Source: Lytechinus pictus (taxonomy: Eukaryota). Taken from it: a DNA stretch of 64,000 nt. The stretch's first letter is position 1, and the number at the start of each line of letters is the position of its first letter. Positions 50,501-59,320 of the stretch are shown piece by piece. Location: assembly GCF_037042905.1 (NCBI RefSeq), contig NW_026974140.1, forward strand, positions 10,168,001 through 10,232,000, read 5' to 3'. The translations under genes and the position numbers were made by a program. The notes below the pieces were generated by a model, which saw only the letters and a program-made list of their open reading frames with translations, was not told where the DNA came from and searched no databases.

Positions 50501-53500
50501 ATGCAGTAGTGCGCGTCCTCTTGGCATGATCTGACCAATGCGGTCATACCTTTCATATCGTGCGCAACTATACATTTAAATACAACTCTTAGTCATACTT
50601 AAATCTTTGTGAAACACCCCCCAGATGGGATTAGCCCAGATGGGATTAGCCCATGTGGTATTAGACTATCTGAGAAATAGACCATGCTTGAAGAGTGTAG
50701 TCTATAAAGCGGATATAAACCCTTCAAGTATTATAGGATTATAAAACTATAATTCATTTCAGAGGAATTGACAGTTCAGCAGGGGAGCAGATACCAGCCA
50801 GGAGGGACGTCAAGTACCCAGGGGAACACGCCCTCATCATCGACCACACCCAACGACCAATCACAGGAATGGATGGAAGCGGTCAGTCCAGAGGGTCACA
50901 CCTACTACTGGAACACCAAGACAGGAGGTAACAGACGATCAAAAGTTTTAGTTTTTTAACTTTGTTGAGTTGTCGTGAGGGTCTTCCCACGAGTCTGAGG
51001 GTCCACAAAGCTGAGGATTTGATTGATCTACATAAAATATCTTATAAACCTTGCTTTCAGTTTCAAAACATGCCCCCAAAGTGCACAGTTGGCTTCTGTG
51101 TGGTTAAAGTAACTGCAGTGTTATCTAGAGTGTGGATATTAGTTACTTTGAAGATCAGGACCCTCATCCTCAAGAGCCTCCCCTCTTTGATTTGCACTAT
51201 ACTAGCCTTAGGTTTACAGAAAAAATACAATTCATTGAAATTTCATTTACAAGTTGACTCCCAGCGATTGCGTGTTTTCTTTTAGCAAGAAATTTATCCA
51301 CACTGTGCTGCACTCGACCCAGGTGAGGTGAATTGGTAACTGGTATGATAAGTTTCTTGAATGCATTGAGTACTACTGATGAAGTGGTAGCTTGAGTTTA
51401 AAGTTGGGCTAATAATATTCTCTCTTTGTATTTTCTGGCAATTAAGATATATGGAATTAACGAGGCAGGGGTTCATAAATAATTGCTGAATCATATTTTT
51501 CTCAAAGCGTGCATTTTTGCAAGGCATTGAAATTTAATTTTGTTGTTGAGCCTTTGAGTGTTTTTAAACAGATATATGAACGCATACAAATACTGTGAAT
51601 CAACATGATTGTTATCATTATCATCATCATTGTCATCCTCCTCATCATCATCATCATCATTAACATCATCATTATCATCATCATTATTCTTTTCATCATT
51701 TTCATCTTTGTCATCAGCATCATTATTATTATCATAATCATTATCATCATTACTATCATCATCCTCATCATCATCGTCTTCATCAATATCATGATCAGCA
51801 TCCTTATCATTAGCATCGCTTCTGTCGCTCTCTCATTTTTTTATACGCCCGTCTCGACGGGACGTATTATGGTATCACGCTTGGTGTCCATCCGTCCGTT
51901 AACTTTTCCTTGTAAATGCAATAACTTCAGTTTAACTTAACCTAGGCTCATATAATTTGGTGTGTATGATACTAGCATGGATCCCAGGAAGCCTATCGGT
52001 TTTGAGGTCAAAGGTCAAGGTCACAGTGACGTATTTTCATTGTACACTTCTGAAGTCTTTGTAAACGCGATAACTTCAGTTTAATTTAACCTAGGCTCAT
52101 ATAATTTGATTTGAGTGATACTAGCATTGATCCCAGGAAACCTATTGATTTGGAGGTCAAAAGGTCAAAGGTCAAGATCACAGTGACATGTTTTCATAAT
52201 ACACTTCTGAAGTCCTTGTAAATGTGATAACTTCAGTATTAACCTAGGCTCATAATTTGGTGTGTATGATACTAGCATGGATCCCAGGAAGCCTATTGAT
52301 TGTGAGGTCAAAAGGTTTTCATCTTACCCTTCTGAAGTCCTTGTTAACGTGATAACTTTAGTTTAACTTAACCTTTAGGCTCATATAATTTGGTTTGTAT
52401 GAAACTAGCATAGTTCTCAGGAATTCTATTGATATTGAGGTCAGGCAGTCAAAGGTGAAGTCGCCACCTTCCACTTTTCTTGCTTGACCAATATCTCCAT
52501 TTTCCGCTTTACAGGCGGGCGTATTATGTGCTCGCCTTAGCGACACTCTTGTTACTTTCTCTCTCTAACCTTTCCTCTCATTCCCATTTCTTGATATAAA
52601 TACCTGTATAAAATGCAGAGCAAACACCATCACTGAGCCTGCCCCAGTGCCAGCTTTTGCTTGTCAACTTTGCACCAGATGTTTTTGGGGTGAAGACTGG
52701 TCTATCCAGCCATCTTCAAACTGACCTCTATAATCTTTCCTTCTCTCTGTCAATTTTCCACTCTGTATGTTATAGCTCCCTCTCATGACCTTCCATTTAT
52801 TTCTCATCCAATGCAGTGACCCAGTGGGAAAAACCAGCCAACTTCATATCAGCACCCTCCACCTCATCACAAGATAAACCTTCTTCCAAACAAAAGGTAG
52901 ACAAAATCACATGGTGGGAATTGCAGAAAGACATGCTTTTAAAGGGGTACTCCAGGCTAAGAATAATATGAATAAAATAAAAATATCTGAATAAAAGATT
53001 AAGGGAAATAGGACAAACAAGACACTGGAAATTTCATCGAAATTGCACTTCATACTGCCAGTTAGATAATTTCAGTTCAATCACCTGAAGGAAGGAAAAA
53101 TGCAGTTGAAGTAACGTACAAGCTCCCAGAATATATGATATATGATATATTTACATCTTGGAGCGACATTTTATGTTACCATTCGAAAGACGTGACCAGG
53201 GATCAAGCCCCTAACCTCTACATCAGTATGTAGCCTTCCCAATGTAGCTTGGATTGCAGATGCACACCACAACACCCTTGATTGTGACTGGCTAAGATGC
53301 ACTGTTGCAATGGTAACTGTCGGATGATATGGTACTTGTCGGATAAAACATCAGACAAGTCCTTATTTCATGAAACACTTACCGAGAGATTTGGTGCCTG
53401 GCAGCAAGTGATTGGAAAGGAATATGCATTTGATGCTGTGGAGAGACAGAAGAATCATGGCAATGGAGTTAGACTTCTGCCAAGTGCTGAACTATTGACA

Positions 53501-55115
53501 GCCGTTTTTTCTTGTCATTTGTTAAGCCACCTAAAATCAGCATAACAACCCCAGAATACTTGATAGAATGGCCCGAATTCACAAAAGTGGTTTCAGTTGT
53601 ACCATGGTAAGAAACCATTCACTATGCAGATTTAGTATCATACTACCATGCTTCAGTCAAGCACCCTGTGCCAAAAGTGCACATTTATAGTCGGACTTTT
53701 CGTAGTGGACGTGATGGAATAAAAGTAATTATGTCCATGAAATCTGCATAGTCCATGGTTTTTGTACTTTGAGCCACCATGTTTAACAAAATAGCAAAGA
53801 AAAAATCTTGTGATGCGAATGTCTGCATATTTTTCCTGGTATTATCTTCCAGGTCGAAGAAGAATCAGAATCAGATGAGGATGAAGAGAAAGATCAAGAG
53901 AAGAAAGAGGGGAATGAAGAGAGTTTATCAAGAGGAACAAAAAGAAATAGCGATGCGTATGGTGGGTGGACATCTGTTTCAACTGAACCAGAAGAGTAAG
54001 TATATCCTTTCATGTTGAGTTTTTTATACGATCATGAGCATCTGATTTGGTGGGAACCTGCCCTGAAGAAGACTATACTTCATGTATACATGTAATGACT
54101 GCACCCTTATGGTTACATCACTTGTACGTAAAAATCCTTTATAATTGGTCAACCACTGTGTGCTCAGCTGAATCTGTTTCTCTTTCAAAGTGATTACAAC
54201 CTCATATAAACAATACTATCTTCCTTGTTTCCCTGCACTTGGTATCCATCTATCAATGAGATGTTTCTTTATTTTTGTTTTCAATTCTGGGATCTGGTTC
54301 ATAGTTCATCATTAGTTAGATACTTCTATAATTGTTCAAGTTTTACCCGCGGTCCATGCTATCTTTTATCTTGTTCAGAAATAGTGGTCGACTCACAAGC
54401 TTCTCACAATAATGAATGTTAATGGCATATGTATTATGAAATGCACCAATTATGGCCTTTGAATTTAAACAACAAAACTGATGAAACAGAAACCAGTAAA
54501 TTCCTAATGAGCTAAATTACATATACATGTTTGTAGGTCATTGTTGATATCTTAAACTTGACCTTCATTACCCTGAAGCAAGCAAAGTTTTTACCTTGTT
54601 GGTAATTCAACTAAACCTTGGGGGGTCCTGAGGCAACCTCACCCAATCCCCCTCCATAACCCTAGTCTGCAAGCACAGACTCAAATTCAACACTTTAAAA
54701 ATTATACCTTATCTAAAATAAAGACACTGTAAAATAAGCAGCCACAGCACGTGAGTGAATCTAATTGGTCTGTACCTGCAGACTACCATAACCCCTCCAA
54801 GAGCTTGTTTCCTTGGCCTTCTGCCGTCATCATACCCACTACTCTTGTTTTCAAAGACATCATGTAAATACTTATCAAATCATATATTTTTAATGACACA
54901 GAGAGCAAGATCTTCAACTCCCTGAAGCGAACCCTCTGTACATGAGCTCCTACGTACCCCAGGCTGCCCAGTATGAACCCAGAGAGAAGCTAGACATCAA
55001 GGAGAAGGTGGTCGGAAGCATCAAGGCAAGCTCAAGGGAAGGGTCAGGGGGTGTGTCGTTTAAGAAGAGGAAAGGAGGCCAAAGACAAATCCGGTCGAGG
55101 GATTCGTCCTCATGA
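44543..55115 (+). CDS. WBP4: WW domain-binding protein 4 (FBP21) orthologue, 8 coding exons, about 305 aa
   Basis: join(44543-44544,48039-48111,48319-48453,49450-49555,50763-50927,52817-52896,53853-53995,54902-55115) = 918 nt; all introns are GT-AG with compatible phases. Protein: MADYWKSNPRKFCDFCQCWFADNKSSKEFHERGKRHKENV (U1/matrin zinc finger), WW domain WMEAVSPEGHTYYWNTKTGVTQWEKP, then AYGGW, DLQLP, KEKVV and FKKRK motifs as remembered for WBP4. Confidence 0.92.
45070..45775 (+). repeat. Purine-rich (GAAA/GGAA) low-complexity tract in WBP4 intron 1
   Basis: About 700 bp of mostly A/G; it generates the F/S/L-rich shadow ORF on the minus strand. Confidence 0.9.
45918..47500 (-). mobile_element. 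Decayed non-LTR retrotransposon (APE-RT ORF2 remnant, RTE/RTEX-like) in WBP4 intron 1
   Basis: Broken frames carry TSDHL (endonuclease end), LKLNKASGLDNISSEYIK, GIISPFHKG, QGVWQGGVLSPTLYTLFID and ILADDVAL. Confidence 0.85.
48039..48111 (+). CDS. WBP4: WBP4 exon 2
   Basis: tttttAG|G GCT GAT TAT TGG...TCG|gtaagt, encoding ADYWKSNPRKFCDFCQCWFADNKS. Confidence 0.93.
48319..48453 (+). CDS. WBP4: WBP4 exon 3
   Basis: ttcAG|AGT...GAG|gtatgt, encoding SKEFHERGKRHKENVEKKIAELRKKG...QIEE. Confidence 0.93.
49450..49555 (+). CDS. WBP4: WBP4 exon 4
   Basis: tttttgcAG|GAT GCT ATG AAA GCT...CAG G|gtact, encoding DAMKAFKKDV...QEQ. Confidence 0.85.
50403..50621. mobile_element. PIF/Harbinger-like MITE
   Basis: cag|ggggagtgtttcacaaagatttaagtatgact...agtcatacttaaatctttgtgaaacacccc|cag. 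Confidence 0.8.
50763..50927 (+). CDS. WBP4: WBP4 exon 5 (first part of the WW domain)
   Basis: tttcAG|AG GAA TTG...GGA G|gtaac, ending ...QEWMEAVSPEGHTYYWNTKTG. Confidence 0.9.
51605..51815. repeat. (CAT)n degenerate microsatellite
   Basis: Read directly from the sequence; it explains the poly-I and poly-M ORFs. Confidence 0.95.
51836..52553 (+). mobile_element. Helentron-associated non-autonomous element (HINE/DINE-1-like)
   Basis: 5' poly-T-ATACGCCCG subTIR, (TCCG)n-like microsatellite, four ~125-160-bp core repeats containing aaggtcaaggtca, 3' subTIR cgggcgtat, short hairpin and a CTTGTT end. Confidence 0.8.
52817..52896 (+). CDS. WBP4: WBP4 exon 6 (end of the WW domain)
   Basis: aatgcAG|TG ACC CAG TGG GAA AAA CCA...AAG|gtaga. 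Confidence 0.9.
53853..53995 (+). CDS. WBP4: WBP4 exon 7
   Basis: cttccAG|GTC GAA...GAA GA|gtaagt; acidic linker and AYGGW. Confidence 0.9.
54902..55115 (+). CDS. WBP4: WBP4 exon 8 (terminal coding exon)
   Basis: cacAG|A GAG CAA GAT CTT CAA CTC CCT...FKKRKGGQRQIRSRDSSS-TGA. Confidence 0.9.
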
Positions 55116-55409
55116 CGTAGATCTACATTTCTGGACTCCAGGATGCAAAGGATCAAGGGGTGTTGTTTGAGAAGAAGAAAGGGGGTCAAAGACGAATCTG
55201 TTCTAAGGATTCTTGATCACGTTGTAGACTACATGTATATTTCTGGAGACGCAGAGAGTTGTGTCGTTTAGGAAGAGGAAAAGACGAAGCTGCCCTATGG
55301 ATTTGTCATCGTCATGTAGAACTGCACTTGTGGATTCAGAGACAATGATAGAGAGGAATTTGTAGATTGCGGAATAATGCATGATTTCTTCTTCTTCTCT
55401 ATAAGTACA

Positions 55410-56350
55410 GGCCACCATCGGATATTAAGGAGTTCTTAATGCAGAACATCATCGCAACCTTTGCCTGGGCTCTCCTTTCTTGCAGGGATGGCCATTGCAG
55501 TTGTTGGAGCATGGAGGTGACACTGCTTGCTCTGCGGTGGTCATTGCAAACAAAGCGAGCATACCTTCTCTGTATCATTTCAAGCATCATGATGTTAGCT
55601 TGAGTGAAAGGATCCCAGATGATGCTTCCATATTCCATGACTGGTCTAAGTAGAGTGAGGTAGCAGAGCACCTTGACTTTGCGAGGACATGATCTGATGT
55701 TCCTTTGAAGAAAAGCCCTGGTGGAATTAGCCTTTTTTGCTACCTGACTGATGTGATGATTCCAGCTGAGCTTTTGATGGAGGTAGATTCCAAGATATTT
55801 TGCCGTGTCTCCTTTGTCCAAGGTGTATCCATGAAGGATATATGGCAATATTTGATTTGATTTGATTTATTTATTTCCACATTCCAATAACAAAAGTATA
55901 CACAAGTGTAATCATTTTTTTTCTTAGCAAAACAACAATAAGCAAATAACATAATTAATAACATATGCATATATACAATCTAACAATCTAAATCTAATTG
56001 AAATACATTTATACCTGATAAATTTCTCTTTTTTTATTATTAAAACAAATAGCAGAAAAAATTATATACATACATATATCGACATAATACATTTTGAAAT
56101 GTGGGAGACCTTCATCTTAAGCTTAGAGCTTAAAATTGATAAAGGCCTCAAAAGGAAAGGGGAAGGAAAATCAGACAAACAGTGCAATAAAAGAGACTTA
56201 TCTTTTATTGCACAAAATAATAGGAATATTACCAAAAAAAGTAGATAGGGAAAGATAGGCTTCTGTTTGTTGGTAACATGGAGGACTTGGCATTTCTTAG
56301 GGTTGAACTCCATCAGCCAGTCAGCCTCCCATTGCTCCAAGGACTTGATG
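55410..56350 (-). mobile_element. CR1/Jockey-group LINE RT C-terminal fragment, split by a second LINE 3' end (~55851-56252)
   Basis: EQWEADWLMEFNPKKCQVLHVTNKQKPI (56340-56255) continues as PYILHG...KYLGIYLHQKLSWNHHI...LRPVMEYGSIIWDP...IQRRYARFV (55848-55410). The insert ends in an (ATCAA)n tail on the minus strand. Confidence 0.85.
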
Positions 56351-58639
56351 TCTTCCCGATGAGAGAGGCATGTTCACATAGCTTCATAAGGCAAGCCTTC
56401 CTAAATTGTTCATACTCTGGCTTCCACATATACTCTGGCTATATGAACAAGGTGATCCCTATACTCAAGGCACGGGGAGTGAGAAAATGCGATACTTTAA
56501 TGGTGCCCTCACTGATAAGACTCGGCGGGATGAATTTTCATCACAGGTTTCACGCGCCTTGACAACAGGGAGGCAAAAAGTATGCATTTTACCCAACCCA
56601 TTCCCAGGGTTTTTAATTTGATATAGTTGATGACAAAAGTGTATGCATATGATTCGCCATCTAACACTGATTGTTGGAAAGCAAATCACTGAACATCCTT
56701 TTCTTAAATGGGAAGAAATATCACTTTCCTTTTGAAAATATTGTACCTGTGGAAGAATTAGAGTTATTTTTTTATTTCATAAGATGAATGAGATGTTGTC
56801 ACATGATGTTTCCATACATGTTGATTTACTTTCAAATGAGCTGGTCAACATACGCTTGATGGTCAGATATGAAATGTTAGATAAACGTTCCATTTACCTG
56901 GGCCTTACTGCGGGTGCTGATGTCAATTAGAAAAAAAGAAAAGAAAAAATGAAGGTAATTTCGGTCCTGAGAAATTTGAAAAGCAAAAAAAATGGTTACA
57001 CTACAAAATGAATCTCATTTCGGTTGCACTTTTCCATTTTTACACCCTGTGGAGCCGGGTTATGTGCGAACAACGGTACATGTATATTTGTAAAATTTCC
57101 GAAGGGATTTGTGCAAATCTGTCAAAATTGATCAACGGCATAAGTGCAAATGTGACGACGGGATATGTGCAAATGAACAATTGTCACAGGAAAATGTGCA
57201 AACACCTCCGGGATATGTGCAAATCACTGTTTTTATCAATATTAAGACTATTTCTGCCTGAACAGGGGAGTAGGTTCAAGACCATCGGCAATGAAACGTT
57301 TTTCAAAGAGGCGAGGTCGGAGGGGGGGCGGCGCCAGGCTTAAAGGGACATTCATTTACTGTTTCGAACACTGCATGGGGCACTTTTAAAGCACATGGGG
57401 GAATGGGCCCAAGAGTATTTTTGTCACTCGGGCAGGGAAATGTTATACTCACAATATAATAATACTTTACTGACACACAACTGTAAAAAAACACCCACTC
57501 TCTTTCCACAAATGTAATGCTCTTTTCCCAAAGATACAATAAAGCGAACGAAGCACTCACAAGGTAATAAATTAGAAGATTACATTTAATGTGTATCTCT
57601 ACCCAAAAATTATTTTTAGACATGTGAAAAGAGGCGGGTGCAATTCAGTGTTCCATTCCACCCTTATTCAGAAAAATGGGTCAATAAGTAAAGAAATAAT
57701 ACAAGATTTAATGTTAAAAAATAGTACTAAACCAAGAGGTCTGAAAGAAGAAACTATAAATTTTTTTTTGTTCTCAGGAACCAGCAAGGGATTAGGGAAC
57801 CAGAAAAGAGTAAGCAGCAGGAGAACAATAGCCAAGTTGTAGTCTTTTGTCAGACCCTTTGATTTTAGTAATATTTTTATAACGTTGATTGTATTTTTCT
57901 TTATGTATATGCAACCTTTTTACGCAAAGTTTTGGCGGAATAGATTACCGAAATATATCTTTTGGCCAAAGATGCACTTTAAAGCATATTAGGTGTAGAA
58001 TATAGTCTTTACTCCAGACCCGTTTATTAAAAAAAATCTTCAAAACAAAAACCCTTGTAATAAATCATAGATATAGAACGTTGTCTTTACCTCGGACCCT
58101 GTTATATCAAAAATCTTGAAAGTTCTTCAAAGTTTTTATTTTGATAAATAAACCATTCAATAAAACACGTTTTCTATTTTTTTTTTCCTTTTTTACTCCA
58201 AAATACATGCTGGATTGTGTACCAGCCTGGTTTACTTTCTTGATGATTTCTTGATAACATCAGCCAGGCGAAAAACCAGGATGAAACACTTATAACCGAT
58301 CTGATCTCAATCCCAAGTCCACTCCGCTTTCCAGCGCTTCTCATCATTTTGTTAACACTCACACAACACTTCATGTGTTCAAAGCTATTCCAAGAGCTCG
58401 TTGGACGCTTTGGTTTATATAGACCCGTTTTTCCCTGACAGATGAACGCGAAACTTCCTCTGCTGCCCCTTTGAATCTTTTATTCACACATGGTCAGAAT
58501 TTCGTTGGGTAGTCTATCAAATGGTGATACATTTTTTCCTCTTCTTTATCATACATCTCTTCACTGTTTTCACCATCCGTGCCATCGTTGATTCCTTCGC
58601 TTAAGCTTTAATCGTCGACTCCATTGCAAGTTCCTTCCT

Positions 58640-59320
58640 CTTCGTCTAAGCCATCTCTTACTCCTTTCTCTAAGCCATCTATCACTCCTTTGTCTAAGCC
58701 ATCGCTTACTCCTTCGTCTAAACCAGCGCTTCTCAACCTTTTTTTACTCGAGGACCACTTTGACTCTCAGATTTTTTTTCTAGGCCCACCTACCAAATTT
58801 CAAGAAAACGTTCATTTTTGATGAAATTTTTTTTTGTGAAATTTGGACTCAAAGCTCTGAAGCACATTCGAAACAAACAGTTTGAGAACTAATCTGCATT
58901 CGCTAATGTCGGTAAATGGGCGACAATTAATTACATACACAATATGCATTAAAACCATCATAGTGTGCATACATGTTCATGCTTTGCAACATGCATGACA
59001 CCTAAGCGTGTTTAAGTTTTGTTTGACCCACGTAGACTGATCGGACGTACCATGTTCGGACAGGTCTGTGAAATATACTACAGTATCGTTTTTCACCTAA
59101 TTTTTTTTCTCCCCCTGGAGCTTCTCATGGCCCACCTGAGAGAGCTTCGCGGCCCACCACTGGGCCGCGGCCTACCGTTTGAGAAGTGCTGGTCTAAACC
59201 ATCGCTTACTCCATCTAAACCATCCCTTACTCCTTCGTCTAAGCCATCCCTTACTCCTTCGTCTAAGCCATCCCTTACTCCTTCGTCTAAACCATCCCTT
59301 ACTCCTTTGTCTAAGCCATA
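58640..59320. repeat. 24-bp tandem repeat interrupted by a hAT-Charlie MITE
   Basis: Unit ccatcccttactccttcgtctaag on both sides of 58724-59191. Confidence 0.9.
58724..59191. mobile_element. hAT-Charlie-type MITE
   Basis: TIR cagcgcttctcaa / ttgagaagtgctg; perfect 8-bp TSD gtctaaac, close to the nTCTAGAn target preference of Charlie elements. Confidence 0.9.

Noticed and set aside
43142-51940. Poly-N/I (43142-43457), F/S/L-rich (45012-45779) and poly-I/M (51502-51940) ORFs
   Set aside because: They are translations of (TAA)n, purine-rich and (CAT)n simple repeats.
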